A stretch of 64,000 nt of DNA from an uncultured Acidobacteriota bacterium (GCA_963836075.1 CAWIIB010000009.1:768001-832000); one strand, 5' to 3'; shown: positions 1 to 9,902, counted from the first letter of the stretch. Notes: a model not told the origin generated them from the letters alone. Numbers and translations are program-made.

Positions 1-2
1 TC

Positions 3-272
3 GACCTGTTGGAGAAAGACCGGCGCAGGTATCTCGAATCTGGCCGGGCCACGGTTGTGGGAGCCCGCCTGTTCGAACAGCTTCCCCGGCATCCCATCGT
101 TACGGTGAAATCGGCATTGCGTCTCTGTGAGACAACGCGGCCGACGGCGGCCAAGGCCATCGACTCGTTGTGCAAGACGGGGATTCTGGAGGAAACGAGC
201 GGGCGCAAGCGGGACCGGACTTACACCTACAAGCCGTATCTGGAACTCCTGCAGGCAGGGGCAGAGATCTAG
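3..272 (+). CDS. Fic family protein, C-terminal winged-helix part (5' partial)
   Basis: P-I-V-T-V..., TA.KAI..L...GILEETSGRKRDRTYTY..YLELL is the typical C-terminal HTH of Fic/DOC proteins; the frame runs off the window start. Confidence 0.75.
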   Translation, partial: DLLEKDRRRYLESGRATVVGARLFEQLPRHPIVTVKSALRLCETTRPTAAKAIDSLCKTGILEETSGRKRDRTYTYKPYLELLQAGAEI

Positions 273-310
273 CTTTGACGAGTGCGAGGCCCCATGTCCC
301 CACCCATAGG

Positions 311-1012
311 TCAGTTGCGGCTGGTGAACAGCCGCAGCACGTACCAGAACATCAGCGCCACCGAGGCGAACAGCTCGAGCGCGGCCCCGACGTAACGATC
401 TTCCGGGTAGTGCCGCAGGACCTTGCTCGTGTCGTAGAGGATCGCCGCCCCGGCCAGGCCGACCATGGCCACCGAGAACCAGGTGCCCAGCTGGAAACCG
501 AAGATCGCTCCACCGACGATGGCCACGATGGCCAGGACAAAGGCCCAGCGCAGGATGCCCCCGAGGAAGGAAAAGTCCCTGCGTGTCCAGAAGGCAATGC
601 CGGTCAACGAGGCGAAGGCCAGGAGCGTGACCATGGCGGCGCTGGAGATGGCACCGGGTGCGTAGTAGTCGGCGACATAGAGCAGCGGAACAAAGATGAT
701 CGCCTGGGCAACGACGAAACCGCACAGCGCCAGGTATTGCATGCCCAGCGAGGTCGAACGGTGCGCGGCATGGCTGGCCAGCCAGCTGACCAGGACAAAG
801 CCACCCAGGATGAAGAGCCAGTTGACCGAGAGCATGGCCCGGGCCATGGTTTCGGCCACCCCGCTGGTGAACAACAGGAACTCGAGCATGATAAAGCCGA
901 GGATGGCGCCGAACAGATGGGTGTACGTGCGGATGATGAAGCGTGCACGTGCGTCCACGTCGATGGCCGCGACGGGCATGACCTGGGTCGGATTTGCATA
1001 GGACTGGTCCAT
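311..1012 (-). CDS. Bax inhibitor-1/YccA family membrane protein
   Basis: About 7 hydrophobic segments, FI.RTY.HL start and ILYDTS...YVGAALELFASVALMFWYVLRL end; ATG at 1012 with GGAGGT RBS. Confidence 0.9.
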   Translation of the reverse strand: MDQSYANPTQVMPVAAIDVDARARFIIRTYTHLFGAILGFIMLEFLLFTSGVAETMARAMLSVNWLFILGGFVLVSWLASHAAHRSTSLGMQYLALCGFVVAQAIIFVPLLYVADYYAPGAISSAAMVTLLAFASLTGIAFWTRRDFSFLGGILRWAFVLAIVAIVGGAIFGFQLGTWFSVAMVGLAGAAILYDTSKVLRHYPEDRYVGAALELFASVALMFWYVLRLFTSRN

Positions 1013-1189
1013 GTGTCCACCTCCATGGGGATTCCGGAGCCTTTGCAACGGGATACGCCTCGGGAAATTCATCCGATGAGACGGGTTTGATACCCCGTCA
1101 AGAGTAAGTGCTTCCAGCTCCTCCGTCAAGAAATGTCTGGTGACCGGCTCACGTTTATCACCGACGCCCTTGGCCGGCAAAAGGCGCGA

Positions 1190-2923
1190 TCAGTTGATCG
1201 TGCCTTCGACCCACCCGCGAAAAAAAGCCGCAGCGCCCTGCCGCAGGTTGCGCAGGTTATAGCCGCCCTCCTGCACCACCAGTGTCGGGTAGCGCAGGGC
1301 GGCCAGCAGGCGGCCGGCCTCCTGAAGCGCTGCCGGGGTCAGAGAGAAGAACCCGGTGGGGTCACCGCGCAGGGTATCGAAACCGAGGCTGACCACGAGA
1401 TAGGCCGGCCGGAAACGCCGCATGCGGTTCACGGCGCGTTTCAGTGCGGCGAGATAGGCAGGGTTTTCCGTGCCTTCCGGCAGGGGAATGTTCAGGTTGC
1501 AGCCGCGGCCATCGCCGTCGCCGGTCTCGTCAGCGTAGCCGGCGAAATAGGGGTAGGCCCGTTCGGGGTGACCGTGCAGTGATACGGTCAGCACATCGCC
1601 ACGCTGGTAAAAGATGTCCTGGGTGCCGTTGCCGTGATGGAAGTCGAGGTCCAGGATGGCCGTCCTGCCCTGGCTGCTGAAGAACTGGGCGGCTATCGCG
1701 GCATTGTTGAAGTAGCAGAACCCGCCGTAGAGGGCCCGCTCGGCATGGTGCCCGGGGGGCCGGCACAGCGCATAGGCCAGGGGCACTCCGGTCAGCACCT
1801 CCTCTGCGCCGGTCAGGGCGGCGTCGACGGCCGCCCTGGCGGCCCGGTAGGCGCCGTCGTCCAGCGGTGTAAATGAATCGAGGCAGTAGAAGCCGGCGAG
1901 ATCAGGGTGTGGCCGGCGCGGAACCCTGGAGGGCTGCCGGCGGGGGAAGGTGTCGGCGTACACGGGTGTACCCGCAACCAGTGTCCGGCAAAGCTGCTTG
2001 AGGAAGCGGACGTAGGCCCGGTCGTGAACGGCTGCGATGTGCGATTCGGTAAAACGCTTGGGACGCACCGCCGTAAACAGCCCGGTGCGTTCCATGGCCT
2101 CCATCAGGGCCCCCACCCGTGCGGGGCGTTCCTCGTAGCCGCGATCCTGGACGTGGTGGATTACGTGCTTGTGATTGACCACCAGGGCGTAAGCCTTTTC
2201 AAGGCGGCCGGCTTTGGGCGGGCGGGGTGTTCGTCGCTTCACGTAGACGGGCGGCCGGAACTGGACCGGATCGTCACGGAAGGAGCGAACGACGCGGCGA
2301 ATGTAAGTCGGGGTGGTCAGGTCGGCGAACCGCGTGTCGAGGATCAGCCGCACGGCCCGTCGTGCGTCCGACAGGGCGAGCCTGACCGGTCGGCCCAGCG
2401 AGTCGTAGAGCAGGAAGGCGCTGCTCGGGTCCTTGCCCAGGGGCAGGTGGTACTCGGTGTTAGCGACGGGGAACACGCCATAATACTCGTAAAAACGCAG
2501 GCGCTTCCGGTTCTGCTCGAGGATGCGCTCGTCCTCCGCAAGCCGGGGGACGTCGGACTCCGCCTCGAGAAACAGCCCGTGCGCGCCAGTGGCCAGGCAA
2601 TGCTCACGGACGGCTTCGTAGAGCGCACCGCCGAGCCCGCGCCCTCGAATCCCCTTGCGCACGGCGATGTAGTCAAGGAACGAGTAGCCGATACGCGCGA
2701 AGTGCAGGACCAGTGCGAACCCGTTGACCCTTCCCAGCCGCGTCTCCGCCACCAGCAGCGAGGCGCGCCAGCCGCTTTTCACCGGATCACGCAGCCACTG
2801 CTGCATCCGGTCGGCGTCATGCTCCCAACCGGGAAAGTTTTCGCGCAGGATCTGCTGGGCCGCGGCGATCCGCTGGGAGGCCAGCGGCGCTTCCGGCCCC
2901 AGTATGGTGCGTATGCGTAGCAT
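1190..2923 (-). CDS. GNAT acetyltransferase fused to histone deacetylase/acetylpolyamine amidohydrolase domain
   Basis: N-terminal GNAT motif A (VRKGIRGRGLGGALY); C-terminal HDAC motifs RPPGHHA, GGFCYFNN, DLDFHHGNGTQ, SLGFD, QEGGY. Confidence 0.88.
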   Translation of the reverse strand: MLRIRTILGPEAPLASQRIAAAQQILRENFPGWEHDADRMQQWLRDPVKSGWRASLLVAETRLGRVNGFALVLHFARIGYSFLDYIAVRKGIRGRGLGGALYEAVREHCLATGAHGLFLEAESDVPRLAEDERILEQNRKRLRFYEYYGVFPVANTEYHLPLGKDPSSAFLLYDSLGRPVRLALSDARRAVRLILDTRFADLTTPTYIRRVVRSFRDDPVQFRPPVYVKRRTPRPPKAGRLEKAYALVVNHKHVIHHVQDRGYEERPARVGALMEAMERTGLFTAVRPKRFTESHIAAVHDRAYVRFLKQLCRTLVAGTPVYADTFPRRQPSRVPRRPHPDLAGFYCLDSFTPLDDGAYRAARAAVDAALTGAEEVLTGVPLAYALCRPPGHHAERALYGGFCYFNNAAIAAQFFSSQGRTAILDLDFHHGNGTQDIFYQRGDVLTVSLHGHPERAYPYFAGYADETGDGDGRGCNLNIPLPEGTENPAYLAALKRAVNRMRRFRPAYLVVSLGFDTLRGDPTGFFSLTPAALQEAGRLLAALRYPTLVVQEGGYNLRNLRQGAAAFFRGWVEGTIN

Positions 2924-3113
2924 TCGGTTCCCCCGGGCTGCCGCGAGCAGATGGACAGGACGCGTCCCCGGCGCCGAAGATGCCGAACAACACCGTTCAG
3001 TTCTTCTGCGGAAGCAGCCGGACGGAAGTGTACACGGAGTGTCCGGAGAATCACAGCCTAAACAACATCGCCCGGATGAACAGGGATCAGATCTTCGCAA
3101 AGGTGACGGCGAG

Positions 3114-4751
3114 CTAGGGAGTAACCCCCGTCACGGTGCAAACCGATGTCGCGGTGTCCCCGGCTGGCGGATAGGGCGGCTGGTTGTACGGTGCGGGGGT
3201 CACATCCTCCACCGCCAGGGCGAACAGGTTGTCGCCAATCAGCGAGCCCAGTGCCGGGATACTCTGAATCCAGGGGGCGACGAATTCGGCGCCCGGGCCC
3301 ACATTCGTGTGTCCCGCACGCCAGTTCGGGAAGTACTGCCCGTTGGCCAGCGTCGCGTCCAGCCGGCCGGCGATATTTCGAATCTGGCCGGTGTATTTGT
3401 TGGTCAGTGTCACCGTCATCGTCGTGGCAAACGGCACCGTGCCCGACCCTGGCTGGCAGGTCAATTCCGCTCCGATGGTCCCCAGCAGATTGACCAGGCC
3501 CGGGTAGTCCGGGGCATAGCGCTGAACCTTGAACACATTATTTTGCGTGGCATCCGGATAGGGGTTGATGTATTCCCATACGGTTTCACCCGCGGTGGTC
3601 ACTTCGAAAAAGGTCCCGGTCGCCCCCTCACAGATCACCGTGTTTCCGTCGGGCAGCCGCTGGGCCCCTGAAATGTGACCGGACATGAAGTATTCGGGGT
3701 CCGAGTAGATCCAGGTGGGACCCACTGGCCCGAAAGCTGAGCCGGGCACCATGGTGTAGTTGCCGCCGGCATCCACCGGGGGAACGATCTCGTCCACGCT
3801 GGAGTAGTCCCCGCCGGGTCGATTCAGGCCGTTGTTGAAGACCAGGATATTGCCCGCCCCGGGAGAGCCGGCCTCGATCCACTTCGCATCATGCTGATAC
3901 CAGAACATCCTTTCGCTCTCGGTGCCGGCATCGTACACCTGGGGATTCCCCCAGCGGTAGAGAATGCCACCACCCCTGCCGCTGTTCCCCCCGGTGTGGC
4001 CGGCGGCTTCTTCGGTGGTGGTGCTGTGATCGATCACGTAGATTTCGTTCATGCTGAGGGAGCTGACGATGATCTGGTCGAACTCCTCGTTGTAAGCCAC
4101 GGAATTGAAATGGAGCCAGTCATTGTTGTAGTTCCGCGTGTAGTTGAAGTCGAGCAGCTCGGGGTGGGCGGCCACCACGCCAAAATTGGTCTTGCCGCTG
4201 TCGAAGTCCTGGATCAAGTGGTCCCAGATGTGCCACTCCCAGACGATGTTGCCCTCTTTATCGCCCACCGGCTCGACCTCGACGATGGTCTCCAGCCAGA
4301 GGTTGCCCAGGTCCATCGTCTCCGGGTCCCGGCCGGCGGCGACGGCTTCGGCCACGGTTTTGTATTCGTAGGCAATCATCAGGATGTTACCGTTGGGCAG
4401 TGCTTCCACATCATGGTGCTGGTGGTGGTCGTCGTTCGAATAGTCGAAATCCCAGAGAACGGTCCCGTCCCAGGCAATTCTTTGTACATGCCCGCCCTGG
4501 CGCCGGGGAAAGACGAGATTTTCCTCGTAGTAGGTCCGCAGAATGGTCCCGTCCTCGAGCAGGTAGACACATGCTGCCGCGGTGTGCCCGTTCTCCCACG
4601 TATGCACCACCTGGCCATCCATATCGATCAGGTAGGTTGTGGTGGACTGCATCGGTGCGAACAGGGTGTATCCTTCGGACTGGGCTTGAACCGGATTGGA
4701 TGCGAGAAGGGCCAAAGCCACGAGGGCTACGAAAGGCAAAACATTCTTCAT
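3114..4751 (-). CDS. Secreted aryl-sulfate sulfotransferase-like beta-propeller protein with 121-aa C-terminal domain
   Basis: Signal peptide (..VQA-Q); HHD.E.LPNGNIL, DWLHFNS, QHDA.W, ISGAQRLPDGNTVICEG motifs of ASST-like propellers. Confidence 0.8.
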   Translation of the reverse strand: MKNVLPFVALVALALLASNPVQAQSEGYTLFAPMQSTTTYLIDMDGQVVHTWENGHTAAACVYLLEDGTILRTYYEENLVFPRRQGGHVQRIAWDGTVLWDFDYSNDDHHQHHDVEALPNGNILMIAYEYKTVAEAVAAGRDPETMDLGNLWLETIVEVEPVGDKEGNIVWEWHIWDHLIQDFDSGKTNFGVVAAHPELLDFNYTRNYNNDWLHFNSVAYNEEFDQIIVSSLSMNEIYVIDHSTTTEEAAGHTGGNSGRGGGILYRWGNPQVYDAGTESERMFWYQHDAKWIEAGSPGAGNILVFNNGLNRPGGDYSSVDEIVPPVDAGGNYTMVPGSAFGPVGPTWIYSDPEYFMSGHISGAQRLPDGNTVICEGATGTFFEVTTAGETVWEYINPYPDATQNNVFKVQRYAPDYPGLVNLLGTIGAELTCQPGSGTVPFATTMTVTLTNKYTGQIRNIAGRLDATLANGQYFPNWRAGHTNVGPGAEFVAPWIQSIPALGSLIGDNLFALAVEDVTPAPYNQPPYPPAGDTATSVCTVTGVTP

Positions 4752-4967
4752 GGTAAATCCTTAAAATATTGAAACAACAAATTTCGGAAGGATGAACCAT
4801 AGCACAATACGATTGCAGCGGGCATACTTAATTACTGCCCATCAACAGGTTCGTCTCAATTGCCTGACCTGGAACGTAAGTGAAGAACGCACCTCTAAAC
4901 CAGCCATGAACAGCTCGACAGATCCGGGGATCCCTGTGCAACCGGCGAACGCACTCCAATCCAGGCC

Positions 4968-5090
4968 GGCAGCAACAGCACCCTCCTGGTCGCCGAGGAC
5001 GTGACGCCGGCGCCATACAACCAGCCACCATACCTGCCGTCGGGGGCTACAGACCAGGACAGCTGTACGGTTGAAGGGCTTTCACCGTAA
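4968..5090 (+). pseudogene. Orphan fragment of the shared C-terminal domain (no start, no passenger domain)
   Basis: Translates GSNSTLLVAEDVTPAPYNQPPYLPSGATDQDSCTVEGLSP-stop, matching the ends of the 3114-4751 and 16975-18948 proteins; frame closed upstream by TAA at 4896. Confidence 0.8.
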
Positions 5091-5146
5091 GATCTGCCCT
5101 GACGGTGAAAATGTGAAAAAGGTGGCGGTCACCTGTTTCACCTTCA

Positions 5147-6298
5147 TCACCTTCTCCCCAACCGCTCCGCGGCAGCCTGCAGGGTTTCCATGCGCTTGCA
5201 GAAAGCGAAGCGCACCAGCTTTTGCCCCTCCTCGGGGTGGGCCCGGTAGAACACGCTGGGCGGAATGGCAGCCACCCCCTGCTCCTCGATGAGGGAGCGC
5301 ACGAAGGCACGATCATCCCCCTGGTGGATCGGGGTGAAGTCGGCGAGCACGAAGTAGGTGCCCTGGGGCGGCGCCGGTTTCAGTCCCGCCGCCTCCAGGG
5401 CCGCCAGCAGGAATCGCCGTTTCTCGCCGTAGTCGGCGATGAACGTTTTGTAGTAGCTATCCCCCAACTGGTCCAGCGCGTGGGCCACCGCCACCTGCAG
5501 CGGCGTGGCCGTGGCAAAGGTGACGAACTGGTGCGCGGCCTGGGCCGCGGCCACCAGGTTCGCCGGCCCGGTGGCCCAGCCTACCTTCCAGCCGGTGAAG
5601 GAGAAGGTTTTGCCCGCGCTGGACAGGGAAAGGGTGCGCTCCTTCATCCCCGGCAGCGTGGCCATGGGCACGTGTCTCGTCCCGTCGAATACCAGGTGCT
5701 CGTACACCTCGTCGGTGAGCACGATCACGTCGTGCTTCCGGCACAGCCCGGCAATGGCGGACAGCTCCTCCCCGTTGAACACCTTGCCCGTAGGGTTGTG
5801 CGGTGTGTTGAGCAGCAGCAGCCGCGTCCGGTCGCTAAACAGGGCGGCCAGCTCGTCCACATCGAGGGCGAACTCGGGGAATCTCAAGGTGCAGTAGCGG
5901 GGCGTTGCACCGGCCAGGGCCACGCAGGCGGGATAGCTGTCATAGAACGGCTCGAACAGAACGACCTCATCCCCCGGGTTGAGCAGACCCAGAAGGGATG
6001 ATGCGATTCCCTCGGTGGCGCCGCTGAACACGGTGATCTCGGTGTATGGATCAAGATGTATCCCGTAGTGCCGCTCCTGGTGCCGGGCAACGGCTTCCAC
6101 CAGCCTGGGGTGGCCCATGGACCGGGCATACTGGTTGTCCCCGGAGCGCAGTGCCGCCACGGCCGCATCCAGCACCTCGGACGGACCCTCGAAATCGGGA
6201 AATCCCTGGGAGAGGTTGATCGCCCCGTGCTGCTGGGCCAGGGCGGTCATCTCGCTGAAGATGGTGGTTCCGAAAGGCTTGAGCTTGTCTGAGATCAA
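5147..6298 (-). CDS. PLP-dependent class I/II aminotransferase (YbdL/methionine aminotransferase-like)
   Basis: TTIFSEMT..AINLSQGFPDF, NTPHNPTG, DEVYEHL, SAGKTFSFTGWKVG, VRFAFCK; TTG start after GGAGGA. Confidence 0.9.
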   Translation of the reverse strand: MISDKLKPFGTTIFSEMTALAQQHGAINLSQGFPDFEGPSEVLDAAVAALRSGDNQYARSMGHPRLVEAVARHQERHYGIHLDPYTEITVFSGATEGIASSLLGLLNPGDEVVLFEPFYDSYPACVALAGATPRYCTLRFPEFALDVDELAALFSDRTRLLLLNTPHNPTGKVFNGEELSAIAGLCRKHDVIVLTDEVYEHLVFDGTRHVPMATLPGMKERTLSLSSAGKTFSFTGWKVGWATGPANLVAAAQAAHQFVTFATATPLQVAVAHALDQLGDSYYKTFIADYGEKRRFLLAALEAAGLKPAPPQGTYFVLADFTPIHQGDDRAFVRSLIEEQGVAAIPPSVFYRAHPEEGQKLVRFAFCKRMETLQAAAERLGRR

Positions 6299-6575
6299 GA
6301 GTGCGATTCCTCCATGTTGGCGAAGGTCAATCTCCTGGATCGTAACCTGCATGATAATCAGAGCGCGCGGGAGTGCAAGCGCCCGGACGAACCGTGACCA
6401 GCCCGGGCCGAAGTTACATCGGGCTAAATCTGGATTGATTATAAAGATCATGATCGCTAGTTATACAGTTATCTACGTCCCCCTGTGTCATTCCGACACG
6501 CAAAATTCACCCACCCCGCAGCTTCTCTGCGCCCCTCATTGCCCCTGTTCAGGTAAAAAATATCAGCATTTCCTA

Positions 6576-6604
6576 TTGACATAGTATTGTTAGAAGACTA
6601 TATT
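6576..6604 (+). promoter_or_regulatory. sigma70-type promoter
   Basis: TTGACA (6576-6581), 17-bp spacer, TATATT (6599-6604), upstream of the 6772 ORF. Confidence 0.7.
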
Positions 6605-6771
6605 CCACTTAGCAATGATGATCGTTTAAGTAGATCATTCTCGTAAGACACTTAATATAAATGAGATGTGGAATCTCACACACTTTGGGACGTGCAGCGA
6701 CAATGAGCAGTTAGAGTAAGCTAACAATCTGCCGGCCCCAATTACATGCTTCCGCGATGAGGGTTAACACA

Positions 6772-8769
6772 ATGAAAACAGCCACCGCAACCAGGACAAA
6801 ATCAAGAACAAAAACAAGGACAAGAAAGAAAACCACCAAAAAGAGCGTGACAAGGGCCTCGAAAACGAAAGCGACCACCGAAGCCATGGTCAGCCCGGAG
6901 CAGAAACTCGCCCTGCAGGTGGAACTGATTCTCCGCGACTGCTGCTGTCACCTCCCCGAGGACAGCCGGAAAATAATCGACTTCCTCAAAACCAATTACT
7001 ACACCAAAATCAATGCCGCACTTCCCGAGATGATCACCGATCTCAAGCAGAGAGACATGCTTCTGGAAGTCTCCCGCGAAGTGGGCCGGGAGATCGTCAG
7101 CGAAAAGGGGACCTCCCGCTGCTGCACCCCCGACCGGCTGCGCCGGGTGGCCCGCAAGTTCGAAGAGCTGCTGGACCAGGCCCTGCTGGACAACCACCAC
7201 CGGTTCCTCAACGATGCGCTGCGCAAGGGCACGCTCCAGCTGGGCCCGGCAGGCAAGGACGTGCCCCTGACCCCGAAGTTCGAGAAGCTGATCAACGCGG
7301 TGCTGGACAACAACTACTACTTCATGCAGAGCTACTACCACCGGGCGCTCTCCAGCGTGCTGAAGAACCTGAACAGCACCCGGGGCCGCAAGACCCAGGA
7401 AAAGGTCCGCCGGCTGAAGACCGAGATTTTCGAGGCCAACAGCTTCCCCGAAAAGATGATCGAGTATTACCTCGACCGGGAGACCATCTCCTACGAAGAG
7501 CTGAAAGACCTGCACGACTATGCGAGGAAGACCGGCGTCTCCCTGGTGCCGCGTGATATCGGCCGGGCGCGCAAGAGTATCGTCGCCGCCCGCACCTCGA
7601 TCCTGCGCCGCGCCGGCGGGATGACCCCGGCGAAGAAAAAGAACCTCGAGCGCCTGCTCCACGCCGGCTTCAGCCAGGACCTGGCCCAGAAGATCGCCGA
7701 CAACCCGAGGCTCACCTCGGTGGACAAGATGCTCAAAACGTATGCCCAGGCGTGCGTGCAGACCGACAAGAACGTCCACCTCTTCCGGGTCAGCTCCCAC
7801 TCCCGGGCGTTCAAGAAGGCGCTGCAGTCCGAATTTGTCCGCTACCTCAACGGAACCCACTACTACCTCTTCAACCGCAACCGGCTGACCAGCCTGCTCA
7901 AGGACCTCAACGCCGAATACATCCGGGGCGAACTGAACCGGATCTTCAAGCGCAAGATCGAGAGCGAGCGGTTCCTCAAGCGGCTGACCACCATGCGCAC
8001 CTTCCGCAAGATGAAGCTCTTCCAGTATGACGGGATCCAGCGGAAGAACGGGGTGCCGATCAGCAGCGTCACCCGCTTGAACAAGGACGAGTACGAGGAC
8101 AAGGTCAAGGAGGTCTTCAAGCACCTGGTGGAGTCCCACGAGCTGGAGCTGCCGCTCGCCGAGCTGCGCAAGGCCTTCAAGGCCGAGCAGAAGGCCGAGG
8201 CGGCTGCGGCCATCGCTCCGGAAAGGACCTTCGAGGAAGAGATGCTCTTCCGGCTGGTCTTCATCCTCGACGAGGGTCTGGCCCCGGAACAGAAAATGGT
8301 TGACGCGGGATGGCTGAAACCGGGCTCGAACCTGCGTAACAAAATCCTCGAGCGGCGCACCAAGCTGGAAAAGAAGGTCTCGTCCTTTGCCAACCGGGTT
8401 TTCCGTGTGGAGAGCTACCGCCAGCGGTTCAAGCGCAACCCGAAAAAACTCATCGGCTACCTGCACAAGCACCTTGATGACTGCTCCCGGCTGGAGAAGG
8501 GCTTTCTGCTGCAGCAGATCTATGTCGGCGCGCAGGAGGGAACCCCGAATAGCCGCGTCTACCGCGAGGTGATCGACAACTTCCACAGTCTCGAGCCGAC
8601 GATCAGCGACAGTGACCGCGTCGACGCTTTTCTCAAGGCGGTCTACGAGCTGCCGGCCCTCGACCAGCACGCCCGGGAATTCTACTTCCGCAACGCCCGG
8701 CTGCGCCTGCTGGCCGGCCTGGCCCGCAAGCGGACCCCGGACTCCGGCGACATCCGGTTGGAGAACTGA
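6772..8769 (+). CDS. Hypothetical basic, largely alpha-helical protein (~665 aa) with K/T/R-rich N-terminal tail
   Basis: Long ORF with host-like codon usage, GAGG RBS, upstream promoter and downstream hairpin; no family recognised. Confidence 0.8.
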   Translation: MKTATATRTKSRTKTRTRKKTTKKSVTRASKTKATTEAMVSPEQKLALQVELILRDCCCHLPEDSRKIIDFLKTNYYTKINAALPEMITDLKQRDMLLEVSREVGREIVSEKGTSRCCTPDRLRRVARKFEELLDQALLDNHHRFLNDALRKGTLQLGPAGKDVPLTPKFEKLINAVLDNNYYFMQSYYHRALSSVLKNLNSTRGRKTQEKVRRLKTEIFEANSFPEKMIEYYLDRETISYEELKDLHDYARKTGVSLVPRDIGRARKSIVAARTSILRRAGGMTPAKKKNLERLLHAGFSQDLAQKIADNPRLTSVDKMLKTYAQACVQTDKNVHLFRVSSHSRAFKKALQSEFVRYLNGTHYYLFNRNRLTSLLKDLNAEYIRGELNRIFKRKIESERFLKRLTTMRTFRKMKLFQYDGIQRKNGVPISSVTRLNKDEYEDKVKEVFKHLVESHELELPLAELRKAFKAEQKAEAAAAIAPERTFEEEMLFRLVFILDEGLAPEQKMVDAGWLKPGSNLRNKILERRTKLEKKVSSFANRVFRVESYRQRFKRNPKKLIGYLHKHLDDCSRLEKGFLLQQIYVGAQEGTPNSRVYREVIDNFHSLEPTISDSDRVDAFLKAVYELPALDQHAREFYFRNARLRLLAGLARKRTPDSGDIRLEN

Positions 8770-8781
8770 TTATAAAGTCTC

Positions 8782-8834
8782 AAAAAGGGTGACCGTCTCC
8801 TGATAAAGAACCAGGTGACGGTCACCCTTTTTTT
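8782..8834 (+). terminator. Bidirectional terminator-like hairpin / GGTGAC palindromic element
   Basis: AAAAAGGGTGACCGTC...GACGGTCACCCTTTTTTT directly after the stop codon. Confidence 0.65.
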
Positions 8835-8992
8835 GTCCCGACCTTGCCATGTCTCATAAATGTCTCGCTCGCCACATAGAGACACCCCAACGGCTCACTG
8901 AGACAACCCCACCGACCCTCTCCTGATACACCAACACTCAGCAATCAGTTTAACAGACTTGGAATCAACTTCTTGCATCAAACCATTCAAGG

Positions 8993-9008
8993 TGGCACAC
9001 GGAATGCA
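8993..9008 (+). promoter_or_regulatory. sigma54 (-24/-12) promoter
   Basis: TGGCAC-ACGGA-ATGCA with GG and GC at canonical spacing, about 50 bp before ATG 9061. Confidence 0.55.
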
Positions 9009-9060
9009 AAGCGGTGATATGGTCCTCACTACAGCAGACCGACTCTGGAGGCAGGATAGA

Positions 9061-9309
9061 ATGGCTGAGACATACAACGAGAACCTGCTCAAGGTGCTCA
9101 GGCTGACCAGGGAAATGCTGGCCACTGCCGATGAGGGAGACCGGGACCGCAATGACGACTCCTGCGGCATCCTTTATGGAATCCTTCGCGACATGGCCTA
9201 CCGCCTCCGCTCGCTCACCGAAGAGGAGTGTCAAAAGCACAAAACTACCGGCAAATGGTCGGATGAAAATGAAGAAGCAACGATAACCACTTCAAAGGAA
9301 AGGGATTGA
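9061..9309 (+). CDS. Small hypothetical protein heading the oxidative-stress cluster
   Basis: GGAGG RBS, helical 82-aa ORF (ADEGD..R.DDSCGILYGILRDMAY), abuts ahpC. Confidence 0.7.
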   Translation: MAETYNENLLKVLRLTREMLATADEGDRDRNDDSCGILYGILRDMAYRLRSLTEEECQKHKTTGKWSDENEEATITTSKERD

Positions 9310-9311
9310 CT

Positions 9312-9902
9312 ATGCCTACTCTGGTAACCAAGGAAGCCCCCGATTTCACCGCCACCGCCGTGATGGGCGACAACAGCTTTAACGAGGAGTACAAGCTCGG
9401 CGATCTCCGAGGCAAGTACGCCGTAGTCTTCTTCTATCCCCTCGACTTCACCTTTGTCTGCCCCTCGGAGATCATCGCCTTTGACAAGGCCTACGAGAAG
9501 TTTCAGGCCAAGAACTGTGAGCTGGTGGGTGTCTCGGTGGACTCCCATTTCTCCCACTGGGCCTGGAAGAACACCCCGGTTGATCAGGGTGGCATCGGGC
9601 AGGTAAAATTCCCGCTGGTGGCCGACCTGACCAAGCAGATTTCCCGCGACTACGGCGTTCTGTTCAACGATGCCATCGCCCTGCGGGGCCTCTTCCTGAT
9701 CGACAAGGAAGGTATTGTCCGTCACGCCGTGATCAACGACCTGCCGCTGGGCCGCAACGTGGACGAAGTGCTGCGGATGCTCGACGCGCTGCAGTTCACC
9801 GAAAAGCACGGCGATGTCTGCCCGGCCAACTGGCGCGAAGGCGACGAGGCGATGAAGCCCACCGCCGAGGGCGTGGCCGAATACCTCTCGAAAAACGCCT
9901 GA
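9312..9902 (+). CDS. ahpC: 2-Cys peroxiredoxin AhpC
   Basis: FFYPLDFTFVCPSEI and VCPANW motifs. Confidence 0.95.
   Translation: MPTLVTKEAPDFTATAVMGDNSFNEEYKLGDLRGKYAVVFFYPLDFTFVCPSEIIAFDKAYEKFQAKNCELVGVSVDSHFSHWAWKNTPVDQGGIGQVKFPLVADLTKQISRDYGVLFNDAIALRGLFLIDKEGIVRHAVINDLPLGRNVDEVLRMLDALQFTEKHGDVCPANWREGDEAMKPTAEGVAEYLSKNA

Noticed and set aside
6772-8769. Possible RNA-guided nuclease (Cas13/TnpB-like)
   Set aside because: No convincing paired RxxxxH HEPN, RuvC triad or zinc finger, and no array; kept only as an unknown basic protein.
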